Source: the human T2T-CHM13v2.0 reference genome, Homo sapiens
Length of the DNA: 64,000 nucleotides
Strand: one strand, 5' to 3'
Assembly (NCBI RefSeq): GCF_009914755.1
Contig: NC_060930.1
Shown here piece after piece: positions 31,330-47,515 of the stretch. The first letter of the stretch is position 1. Each line of letters starts with the position of its first letter. The notes beneath the pieces are model-generated. The model searched no databases. It was not told where the DNA came from and saw nothing but the letters and a program-made list of their open reading frames with translations. Both the position numbers and the translations under genes were made by a program.

Positions 31330-33935
31330 CCATTATGGGATGCAGCCAAATGCTTCATATTAGAAACTTGGTACATGAAAAAATTAATGACTTGAGCATC
31401 TAACTTTAAAACAAATCTAAAGTCTGTTGAGAAAGATAATCATAAACAGAAGTGCAGAAAATAAAGTAACAAAAACAAATATAAAATATAGAAACCAGCG
31501 AAGTCAGAGGTTGATTCAGTAAAGAAATAATAAAATGAATAAATATAGGCAGGATTTTTAGTGACCAAAAGAAATAAAGCACACTCACAAATACCGGCAA
31601 CAATAAAAACATAATGTATAACAGATACAGATAAAGTTACAATTTAGAACTAGACCATTACAAAAACCTTATTACAAATTTTAAAGTGCAAAACTTTCTT
31701 AATTTTATAGTATCTATTCACCAAATGTCTATAAAAAGTAGGCCTGTTTGTGACTTTTTAGACATTATCTGTTAAAGACAGAAACAAAAGAAACATAACT
31801 AACTTTTTATTCTCATTTTGAAATGTAATGAAACTTCAATAGAGGGCAAAAAGACTGAAAAAGAATTATAAAACTTAAGGAATGAAGAAAAAATAATGAA
31901 AATTATTGTTTTTACATACTGCGGTTGTCTACATAAAAATGCCGTAAGTAAATGTAAATGTTATAGAATTAACCAAGGAATTTAATAAGTTTTTCAAATA
32001 AAATATTAATATTTGAAAAATAAAAACTAGTAGAAGAGAGAAAATAAAATTTAATTTAAAATAACATACCTAATAGAAACAAAGTTAACATATTTGTGCA
32101 TGTAATCCAACCAGTTATATACAAGTCCTCCATTTTTAAGTTACTAACTGTATTAACTTGATGGAAATTATCAATAGAGTATATTCTATGTTCTCTGTCT
32201 GTGAGAATTAATAATGAATAGATGTAAATTCTCCCCAAATTGATCTTCTAAGTCAATGTAATTCCAATAATCATTTCATGCAAATTAAAATTTGCCTCTA
32301 AATATATTTAGAGAAGCAAAATGTACAATATACTTAAAATAATATTTAAGGAAAAGAACCAGATATGGGTAATTGGCATACCAGGATTGTTTCATTGGGA
32401 ATAAATAGAAATTAAGCTAGGTTATTTAGTTGCATGTAGAGTTAAATGGACTTATGGAATATAACATGGGAGCTTTATGTGAATAAAAAGTATGAGTATT
32501 CATTGCATGCAGTTTGTTATAGAAAAGATGAGATCCTCAATAAATGGTGCTGATAGCTTTCTGCTCGTGAAAAAAAGAAAAATGAAAAAGAAAGAAAAAA
32601 AAAGAAAGGAAGGAAGGAATTGAAGAAAGAGGGAGAAAGAAGAAAGAAAGAAAAAGGCGATAAAAGAATGAGAAAATGAATCCCGGTTTTAAATTTCACA
32701 AAGTATTACTTCCTGACATATTGAATACTTAAATTGGAGAGTCAAAATTTTAATACTTTGAAAAGGTATTTACTGTCCTATGGAAGGAAATTTTTTTTAA
32801 AATGTACAAAACAGAAATAATAAAAGAACAGATCAGATAGGCTACATTAACATTGTTATGTATTTATTTATTTTCTTACTAAAAGACATGAAAAGCCCAA
32901 AGACAAAACAAAATCATGGTAATAGCATATGTTAAGAAAAAATTCACAAGGTAGGAGAAAATATTTATAATAGTTGAGATTTAACAGAAAAATAATTTGA
33001 ATCAATAAGAAAAAATGAGAAATGAGAAAGATACATAAACAGGCTTACTGCAGAAAGCATCAGTGACTCAAAAGATGAAAAGATTTTCAACCTTTATTTA
33101 TCACAAGAATGTTAAATGCAAAATGAGATTTCATATCCAGTAGATCTACATGAAATAATGAATCAATACCAAGTGTTGGCTAGAGTGTTGAACAAAGGAA
33201 ACACTAAAACTATAGGAGCATAAATTAATGCAATCAGTTTGAGAACCAATTTGACATTGCCTAGCAAATACGGACATGACACAGCAATCTTCTCCAAAAA
33301 TATCACTCCAGAGGAAATGATTTTGATGTATCCCAGAAGGCATTTGTAAGTGTTTTAAGAGATGGTCGTAATAGATAAAATGAGTTAATATCTGTAAAAT
33401 ACAGAGTAAGGTTATAAATAATAATAATATAAATTATTATTTAAAACAAAAATAGAATTTCAAAATCAACATGTTCATCATTAATTGAACTGATATATTC
33501 TTGTATATGCATATAACGACTACACAGTATGAGTGAATATGAATGAATTGCAAGTATATACATGAACATGGATGAATCTCATAAAATATTTTTGAGTTAA
33601 TACAATACGAAGGAATAAATACACAATATGAGTTATTTTACATAACATACATAAATAAAAAACTAATTGATGTTTCACTTAATGTTTATATGTGGAAAAT
33701 TATAAATAGAAGAATGAGAGAAACACATACAATTTAGAAGTGTGTTTCTTCCTAAAGGGATAGAAGTTAATGCAAATGAGAAAGAGCACCCTTCATACTT
33801 CACAGTTACTATAGTAGTAATTATTTTCTCTCCATTAAGCTGAGCGATGTATTATGGAAATCTATTTGATTCCCTTATTAGTATTCCTTGATATTATATA
33901 CAATCATTTTGAAGTGTATTTCAAAATAAAAACAT
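31330..33935 (+). mobile_element. Very old L1 (L1ME-type) ORF2 + 3'UTR, heavily decayed
   Basis: Sense-strand L1 landmarks in order: ttatgggatgcagccaaa, attctccccaaattgatc...tcaatgtaattccaat, caataaatggtgctg, aataccaagtgttggctagag, aacatggatgaatctca. Confidence 0.65.
32570..32660. repeat. GA-rich purine tract
   Basis: aaagaaaggaaggaaggaattgaagaaagagggagaaagaagaaagaaagaaaaagg. Confidence 0.8.
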
Positions 33936-34637
33936 GTTTAAACATTAGGGGAGAATCTAAAATAATTATGGAAATGAGTCAAATTTGATAATTTCTTGCA
34001 ACAGTTAATCTGTGAAGCTCTTTTTGTCTACACTGTTTAATTCAATGAAGCGTTACCATTCCTAAGCTTTTATTGGTAATCCAACAACATATTATTTCTT
34101 TTAAAATTGTCATGTTTTCAAAACAAGTTGGCTAGGTTTTAGAAAATGAAAAATGACATTGGAAGTGATATTCTAAGATTAAATTCTAAAAGACTTTTAT
34201 GATGTGATAAAAATGCAGATTGCATCGTTTCATCAATGTAATTTTTTAAAATAATGAATAATGTGTTTATGTTTTTAGGATCAATACTTGTTTTAAAATT
34301 AATTAATGAATAAAAAATTTATGGAATTTAACAGTAGTTCTGAGGAGAATTGGCCATTTAATCTTTTAGCCAAATGTATAAGTTAATATATTTTTAACCC
34401 AAAAGCCTATGAAATATGAATTTGCATACTATGAACTTTCACATATAGTTAACTTGGCTTTCTCCAGGTGTTAAGTAGAAACATGTATGTTGATATATAT
34501 ACATATTTTAACAATGTGTTTTCCTTTATAATTATTTGAGATATTATAATTAAATAAAAAGAATACCCTGAAAGGATAAGACATGGGATATTTTATTTAA
34601 TTATTAATTCAATTTGACAAGAATATTCACTCATAAC

Positions 34638-35372
34638 ATTTTTGTATTACTAGGTTTTACATTGTTAATAAACAAAATTATTGTCAGCTCTTTATATAAA
34701 CCTTAATCTGCATTTGCTAAATAAATTAGTACATGACTTTATTGTTAAATTAAATTATTATAACACTATACTTTGAAAAAAATGCAGGCATGAACTTTTT
34801 GATAGAGTACATTCTAAAATAGCTACATTTAACTTTGCTTTGTTTTATTTTATTAGTCATAATATTTATATTACATATGTTGCTGTAATAAAATTTTTTG
34901 ACTTTTACTCAAATTTCAGTATAATGCTGATTGGGATGATTAAAAAACATTTTTCAAAAAGAGAGTATCAAAAAGCATAATCCATATCTGTATGTAGAAG
35001 ATGCTAATGAAAGTTTTAGAAATTTAGTCAAATAAACACAAACATACATATGTAAATACATACATAAATATATAAATATTATTGGCCATATTTATATTTT
35101 TGTATTATTAGGTTTTATATTATTAATAAAATTATGAATTGTGAGCTCTTTGTATAAACCTTAACCTATATTTACTAGAGAAATTAGTATATGATGTTAT
35201 GATTCTTAAATTCTTATAACACTGTACTTTGAAAAAATGCAAGCATGAACTTTTTGATTTGATGCATTACAAGTAGCTATATTTAACTTTGCTTTGGTTT
35301 GTTTTATTAGTCAAAATATTTCTAGTACATATGTTGCTTTAATAAAATTATTTTGTTTTATGACTTTAGCTC
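34638..35372 (+). repeat. Diverged direct duplication of a ~270-bp unit (34638-34910 and 35096-35372)
   Basis: Shared blocks: tttgtattaYtaggttttaYatt, agctctttRtataaaccttaa, ttataacactRtactttgaaaaaa-tgcaRgcatgaactttttgat, atttaactttgctttg, acatatgttgctKtaataaaatt. Offset ~458 bp, roughly 80% identity by eye. Confidence 0.9.
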
Positions 35373-37464
35373 CATTGTTTAACAAAATCTTTAGCTATTA
35401 AAAATGCTCTTTAAAATTACATAGTTTTATTTTGTTATTTTTGTCGCATATAAAACATATCACCTTTTGTTCTGTCAGCTTTTCTCAACATCAAATTGAA
35501 ACCATCTCATAGTGATGGCCAGATGGATAACGGTTTTACTTATTTCATTTCTCTAGTGAGTTTTCTGCTTTGCTATCATCACCTCTATCAGTTTGACTCA
35601 AAATTCTAAGAAACTTTTTCCTCTACTTTTTTGTCTTCAGTATTAACATTAGAATAGATCAGTAAGTGCAAATGATTATTCTCTCTCTCCCTAGTCTTCC
35701 ACAAGATCTATATCTTGTTTTCCTCAAATATGAACTTGCCTTTCTATAAATTCTGAGAGCAGGTATACTACAGAAGTCACCTTTTTTTCAGATGCCAGTA
35801 ACTGAACAGTTGAGTTTGTCAAGTAGTCTCGTAAGTTCATGCTGACAGTTCTTACTTCCTTTACTTTCATCTATTCCTCTCTAGTGTCCTTATTTATATC
35901 TGAATCTATGAATATGCTGGTTCCAGTGGGTAGATAAACGTCAGCTTAGCCTTTTTCTTCAGGTTGTATAGCAATTGCCTGTAAACCTAAGGAAGGAAGG
36001 AAAAAAAATATACATACACATATATATATATATATGTGCTTATTCACTTGACCTATTTGGAAAGGTCATTTAGATATTTCTTTTGCCTTGTGAAATGGAA
36101 TTATGGATTTTTTTCTAGTAAGCAAGGCACTTTTCTGTGTTTCTGTGTATGATTGATTTGTCCAACTATGCCCTAGATTCCAAGTTCAGTTTTCATAGTA
36201 CTTGTTAGCTTAAAATCCCAAAAGTACACTGTAAGGCAGAATAGTCAATGAAAGGAAAACAGACTCATCAATATTGAATGTACTGTCCAAATGGAATTTG
36301 GTGCCTGAGGTCAGCAGAAGAGCTATAGTTCATATCTCTTGCTTCTGGTAATAGCTTCTGGTCCTCTTAGATATCTTGTACCCTTTGTTGTTCAACTCTT
36401 CTTTCTATGCTTAGGGTAGCTTTTTGATACTGAGTGAATTCACAGCTACTATTTTCTTTTCGTTTCTCAAGTCATTATATATGTATGATTTTCTCCATCT
36501 CAAAGCTTTAACTGTCTCCACTATTTCTCAGGAAAATACCTATCAGTTCTCTTCCTATTCTTTTCAGTCTCCATTCACTACTGTTTTAGGGGAATAATAC
36601 CAAAATATTTATTATGTGTATATCTTTAGTGTTCATATTTAGATAGTGGCATCGTTGGTGCAAAGATTGTTCTTTATGTACTAAATAAAAGTCTGTAGCA
36701 AATTCAAATTGATTTAAAAAAGGGATAGTTTCTTGATGTTTCTAATATTGTCCATGTCCAAACCTAGGCCAAAGAAATCAACTTTTTCTCATCCTTTTTC
36801 TTCTTCAGAAATATATATATATTGACTACTCTAGTAATGGCCATGTTGTTATCTCTTTTCATTATTTCCTGTATTTTCTTATGCACTTTTTCCTGTAAAG
36901 GCTATCATATTATAGACACAAAAAGATTTCTCTGAGCTTAACTGTTAGGTTGCATCTGGATAGGCATAACTACAGCATGAAACTTTATTTTTTTCTCTTC
37001 CATATCAAAAGAAATATGAATTGTATATAGAGAAAATGCAAATTTGTAGTGTTCTTCTTTTGCCCACTAGTAACTTTTCTGATACTGGCATTTCATCTTC
37101 CATTGATTTTCCAGTGTTAAGAAAAACAAGCTTGATAAAATATTTCACCAAAACAGATAGTTGTATTTCCTTGACCACTACGTTCAAATAAAATCGACCT
37201 TTTTCTCAATCCTGGAAATGAGCCAGGCTTACTTCTGCTTCAGAAATTGTGTACCAGACTTTGCCTTAGAAAGTGAGGGACATAAGCCTGGCTTCCTGTA
37301 ATGAGATGTTAGCCTCATGAGATCTCCTTGGAGAGGGCTTGCTTGCTGTATGTATGTGTGTATGTGTGTACGTAAAGAACCCTTTGTTATGTCTGCATAA
37401 AACAGCAAAGTTTAATTTTAATTCTATGATTTTTATCTCTGTGTTTCCTCCCAAGAATATTAGC

Positions 37465-37568
37465 CTTTAAGAGCAGAGACCTTGTCAGTATGGTTCAAGA
37501 TTTTCAGCACCTAGAATAGTGCCAGCACAGAGGAAGTACCCAATAAAAGTTTGTTAAAAGAATAAACA
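37465..37568 (+). mobile_element. L2 3' end
   Basis: gagcagagaccttgtc...cagcacctagaatagtgccagcacagagg...caataaaagtttgttaaaagaataaa. Confidence 0.7.
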
Positions 37569-38639
37569 AGACTCATATTCTTGATATCAGAAATGAAGGT
37601 AAATTGCCACTCTATAAGTAATTCCTGAATTTGGGATGTGAATAATATTTATGTGATATGCAACATACAAACACATATACACACCACACACACAGGTGAT
37701 CTACCTATATCTCTAGCCATCTATCTATCTGTCATCATCATCATCTATGAAATAGTCTATTTCAAAAATACCTATTTTCTGTAAAAATATATTTTTTTTC
37801 TTTCCAAGATCTGAAAATTACTTGCTATGTGACCAGCTTGTTAAGTCGCTTTTTGACCTTTGGTACATTCATCTCAAAGCAATATCTACTTTCTAGTTTG
37901 TTATGAGGCTTATATGAGATAAGGTATAAGACGTGCTTTGCCTGTAGAAGGTGATAAAGATAACCTCACACCACAGTTAACCTTTCACCAACAAATAAAT
38001 AAGTAAATTTGACCAAAAATAATGACTATATAATAATACAAATGTTGTGAAACAGCCTTTGAGTTAAATTATTCACACAAGCTACTGAATAGCATGGTCA
38101 TTCTATTTAGATGAATTTGAATATTTTACATGTCTAAAATCAGATATTTAAACAAATCGTGAATGGAGTTCATAGAAATAATGGTTCTAAATTAAATACC
38201 AGTGATTAAGATTCATGGCCAAGTTTGTCTTTGGGGGTTTTTCTGGTTTTACAAATATAGTGAGAAACATTTTAATCCTAATTCTCAAAAACATTTTTTT
38301 ACCTTAAACCAGATAGTCTTTCATGAGTAATAATTGTAGCAAGCACCTAATTCACATAAACTAGCCATTTGGATTGAATAATGGCTGAGTGTGTTTTCTA
38401 CTGCTAAGAAGTAATGATTTCCATCTGGGGATCAGATAAAAGGCTAAACAGAATGTGTTGGGTTTTCCTGTGATCAACTAATTGACACTTTATGTCTTCT
38501 ATGCTCCATAACAACTTTGATCAAATTTCAGATTCTTTATATGTATAATATTTACTATATAAAATATATGTTACTTTATGCATTACAAACAGTACAGTAC
38601 AGTTTATAAGAACAGACTGCAGCCAGATTTAAAAGAGAT

Positions 38640-38815
38640 GCAATCTTTAGCAAGTACTTAATGTTTTCTGATTTCATTTTCTTTATCTGTAAAATGGTAA
38701 CAGTAGTAGTAATCACTTCTGAATTATGGTGAGGTTTCAGTGAGTTAATATATACACAGCACTTAGAAAAGCACCTATTACATAGGAAATGTTGTATGTA
38801 TTGGCTACTATTATT
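38640..38815 (+). mobile_element. MIR
   Basis: ttttctttatctgtaaaatgg...gtgaggtttcagtgagttaatatatacacagcacttagaa...ggctactattatt. Confidence 0.75.
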
Positions 38816-40409
38816 TAGAAATAAAATTCGAACTACATTTTCTGATTGCATTAAACCTGGTTATAGATCATCAAATAGAACAGTATAATTTGGTTCTATG
38901 CTATTTATTTATGAGTAAATGACTGACTGCATTGGCCTATTGCTTTGGGCAGAGGTTTTTAACATATAGTGTACCAAATAATCATCAGAGGTGTTAACTG
39001 AAATCCAGATTTCCTCATTTGCCTTTGTAGGCTAATAGCGTGAGGTGAGGTGGAGACGTCTGTAGCGTAAACAATTACAACAAATTATTTTATATAACAT
39101 GGGGGTAAATATAAAGAACAACTTACTTAGAAGATTACTAAGAAAATTACTATGAAAATAGAAAATTATGGACTCTTATAAGATCTTAATCTTCATAGAT
39201 CTCAAAACCTACTTAGGGGCGTAGCATAGCAGCTGTAATCCGGGCAGAGTGACACCAGATATATGAATACATTTTAAAAAATTATCTGAGTTCACAGTGG
39301 AGAATTAGATAAACTTTAATGGATGACATTTTAAAAGACTTCTAATTGGAGGTGAAACTTAAAGAATAGGTGGAATTTTAGTTAGTAAATTCATTGTAAG
39401 AGGAGAAAAATTGAGAAGATAATTAAGATTTTTAAAAAGTGTACTGTATGAACATGGTGACATAAATGTGAGTGTGTGTGTGTGTAAACACAGCTATTCC
39501 TTTATACATATATGTAGGTCCATACATATTATGCATATATACGTAGTATATATACACATACAAACCTACATATACCAGTATACACAAATAAGTAGAATAA
39601 TAAAGTCTGAGCTTAAGGTGGTAAAACAGACTGGGTGAGTTAAAGCCTTCAAATTATTAGACTTGTTAGGAAGCTCTTAAAGTTTTATACAAGTGAAAGA
39701 TGAGAAATTGAAATTAAGGTAACGTTTCTTGAAACTAAAATAAACTTAGCAAGATACTGGCAATAATAAGCAGGGGATATTAGAAAGGAAGTAATTAAAG
39801 ATAATCTATACACATAGATTGTCTGAAGCTCTAATCCGTGGTGTTAGAAACAAGAATCTAATTTACCCTTTAGAGCATAGTGGATGGAAAGGAAGACAAG
39901 GGGAGATTTTGGAGACTGCTAATCTGTTTCTTTATCTGAGTCTGGCTACATGGGTACATTCAGAATCAGTATTCTAGTTACATGGGAGTGATCTGTGACC
40001 TGGATTATTTCCACTGTACAACATAATGTACCAATAGGAGATATCTGGACTTTCATTTAGTCAACAAATAAATGCTCATTACCTGCCAAGTGCTAGGCAC
40101 TTTTCTAATCAAACGGAATATAATGAGAGAAAAAAAAAGCACAATTTTTTGACATGATGTATACTTGTGATATACTCTATTCTACAAATAAATTATACTT
40201 TTCAAGTTAAGAAATAATTATGAATATAAAAACAACTAATTTTAAAATAACAAATGTAATGTATTCATCAAAATGATCAAAGGTTTTGACCTTTACAAAG
40301 GAAATAATACAAGAGGATATGAAATTTTTCTAAATTTTCACTATTTGTCAAAACATCTTTTAGCTTTTCTTCTTAAACTACATCATAATTTATAAAATAC
40401 TTTAAAATA

Positions 40410-41599
40410 TTTTTATTGTTGTGTAATTTAAATATAACAAAATGCATAGATTATAGTTGTTCGATGAGTTTTATGCAATCTCCAACATAGCCGAAATGTG
40501 GAACATTTCCATCACCCTTGAAAATTTCCCCTGTCAGTCTTGCAGTCAAATCACAACACTAGTATTTCTATTATTTCTGTAAGTTTAGTTTTGGCTTTAC
40601 TTAGAACTTCACAAAATGTTACCAGCAATAAACTATTTTTATACATTGATACATTACATATGTATGTCTATTCCATATATATGGATATGTTTTTACATAC
40701 ATATGCACACACTGTTCAGATCTTTTCTCATTTTCTAATCAGCTTATTAGTTTTCTTATTGTTAAGTTTTAAATGTTTTAAGTTTTAATTCCTTTTTCTA
40801 CTTCATTATGTGCCAATAAGATAGAATGCCTCAATGGCTTCCAAGATAAAAAGTAGTGGATACAAATGCGATGGTATTTCCATTATATAAGACATATTCC
40901 TGCTGTTGTGTATAACAGAAGTTTATTCATTTTTGTCTGCAGTATCCTCCATTATATAAATGCACAACAGTTTGTTAATCCGATAACATATTGATAGACA
41001 TTAAATTGTTTTCATTTTTGCAGTAATTAATCAATCTACTAATATTATTGTAAAAGTTTTTGTGGTGATTTATATATATATATTCCCTTAGGATTAATAT
41101 TTTACATATATATTTATATATATATATCCCCTTTGAATAAATACATAGATGTGAAATTTCTGTGTCATTATTGACACTTTATATACTTCATAATTCATAG
41201 ATTTGTGTTGTTTATGGTATCTTTGCACCAAATATAAGCTACATAAAAATAGGAAACTTTTTGTGTTTTGGCTCAGTGTATCTAATGTGATTTTAAAAAA
41301 GTATCTAGCACTCTATAAGTGTATATTTAATTTATGAGAAATGGCCGAGTTTTTTAACGTGGCGATAGCATTTTTCATTCTCACCAGCAATTTATGAGCT
41401 CCATTTGCTTCAAATCCTCACTAAAATGTGATATTATTAGGCTTTTAACTTTTATTTTTATAAGGATAACATCATTTATTATTTGGGTTAAATGTATTTT
41501 TCTTATGGCAAAGACTATTAAGCATCTTTTTGTGTATTTAGATATTTTTATATCTTCTTTTGTGAATATTTGTTCCAAGTCTTCTGCTCATTTTTATTT

Positions 41600-41600
<1 letters not shown>
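40410..41600 (-). mobile_element. L1ME-type 3' portion (resumes ~45675-45730)
   Basis: gaacatttccatcacccttgaaaatttcccc, tttcattctcaccagcaatttatgag, ttaagcatctttttgtgtattt. Confidence 0.65.
40712..40872 (+). repeat. Dispersed ~160-bp copy of 47455-47610
   Basis: ttttctaatcagcttRttagttttc...aagatRgaRtgcctSaatggcttccaaga...aaatgcgat occurs at both loci. Confidence 0.88.
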
Positions 41601-45668
<4,068 letters not shown>

Positions 45669-45948
45669 TAATACTTCTGCCTATTTTTATTGCTTTTTTT
45701 TGTTAATTAATGTTATATATTCTGAACATAAAAAATGATGGTTTGAATATTTTTGGTGGCAATAATATATTATTTAGCCATATTGGAATTTTAAAACATT
45801 TAAAATGTATGGTACGCATATAAAAATATGAATAATCACAATTGCAAACATAAACAAAAAAGAATATAAAATAACACTCTCATTATTCTGTGACATGTAA
45901 ATCAAAAGTTTAATACAAACAGAAGCTTTGGAGATTCCTTCTGGTGAT

Positions 45949-46376
45949 TGTGTCAGTCCATTTTGTATTGCTGTAAAGTAATACCTGAGATGTAGTAATT
46001 TCTAAGGAAAAGAGGTCTATTTGTCTCACAGTTCTGCAGGCTGTACACAAAGCACAGTTTCAGAATCTGCTTCTGGTGAGGGTCTTGGGAGGCTTACAGT
46101 CATGGTGGCAGTCAATAAAGGAGGTAGCATGACACATGGCAAGAGAGAGAGAGAGAGAGAGAGGGAAAAAGAGAGAAAAAGTTTCAGGTTCTTTAAAAAG
46201 ACTAGATCTTGCTTGAAGTCATAGAGTGATAACTCATTCATTACCATGAGGGCAGTACCAAGTCATTCATGAGACATTCATCCCATGACCCAAACACCTC
46301 CCACTAGGACCACCTCCAACATTGGAGGTCACATTTTAACATGAGTTGTGGGGGACAAAATATCCAAACAATAATA
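45949..46376 (-). mobile_element. MSTB-like MaLR solo LTR with perfect 5-bp TSD
   Basis: tgtgtcagtccattttgtattgctgtaaag...cacagttctgcaggctgtac...ggggacaaaatatccaaac. TSD gtgat at 45944-45948 and 46377-46381. Internal (GA)n. Confidence 0.88.
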
Positions 46377-46529
46377 GTGATATTTTTATATGTGTCTAGT
46401 TTGAAGATACAAGGCTTGTTTGATGGCTTAATACTCATTTTCATGTGTGGTGCTATTCTGGTTGAAAAATTAATTGAATTTTATTATACTATGTTTTTTT
46501 GCCTTAGTATAAGGTAATTTAATGGGCTG

Positions 46530-47515
46530 AATTTTTACAGCATTTTTAGCTTTATAGCAAAATTAAGTGGAAATTACAGAGAGTTCTTACATACCCCTAA
46601 CCCTACGTGTTCACAAACTTTCCGGCATCAATAACCTGGTCCACCGTGATACATTTGTTACAGTGGAAAAACCAACACTGACACATCATTATCTCTCAAA
46701 ATCCTTAGTTTACATTAAGGTTCACTCATGGTGTTGTACATTCTGCAGGTTTCAACAAATGTGTAATGACATATATCTACAATTATAGTATCATGCAGAA
46801 TAGTTTCACTGCCCTAAAATTATTCTGTGCTCCTCTTATTCACTCCTCCTTTCCTCCAACCCCTGTCAACAACTTATCTTTTTACTGTCTCCATAGTTTT
46901 GTCTTTCCCAGCATTTCATATATTTGGAATCATATAGTATTAAGCCTTTTAATATTGGCTTCTTTCACTCGATAACATGCATTTAAGTTTCCTGCATATC
47001 TTTTTATGATCCAGTAGCTAATTTATTTTTAGTGCTGAATAATATTCTATTGTCCAAATATACCATAGTTTCTTAACCTGTCCATCTTCTGAATGGCATA
47101 TTGATTGCTTCCAAGTTTTGGAAATCATGAACAGAGTTGCTGGAAACATCTATTTTATATAAACTTGTCAACTCATTTGAGTAAATACAAAGTAGCATGA
47201 CTGCTGGTTCATTTGCTATGAGTACTTTTAATTTTGTAAGAAACCACCAAACTGTTTTCCAATTCCCTCCATCAATCAATGAGAGTTTCTGCTGTTCTGC
47301 ATCCTCACCACATTTGGTACTGACAGTGTTTCTGATTTTTTAATAGCTGTGTAGTTGTATCTGTGTTGTGTAAAATTACAATATCTTAATGAAATATAAA
47401 GTAGATCATCTTTTCATAGGCCTATTTGTCACTTGTACTTCTTTGCTAAAGTTTCTATTCACATGTTTTCCCCGTTTTCTAATCAGCTTGTTAGTTTTCC
47501 CATTGTCAAGTTTTT
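46530..47515 (-). mobile_element. L1MC1-like 3' portion
   Basis: acagcatttttagctttatagcaaaattaagtggaaattacagagagttc...ttagtttacattaaggttcactc. Confidence 0.75.
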
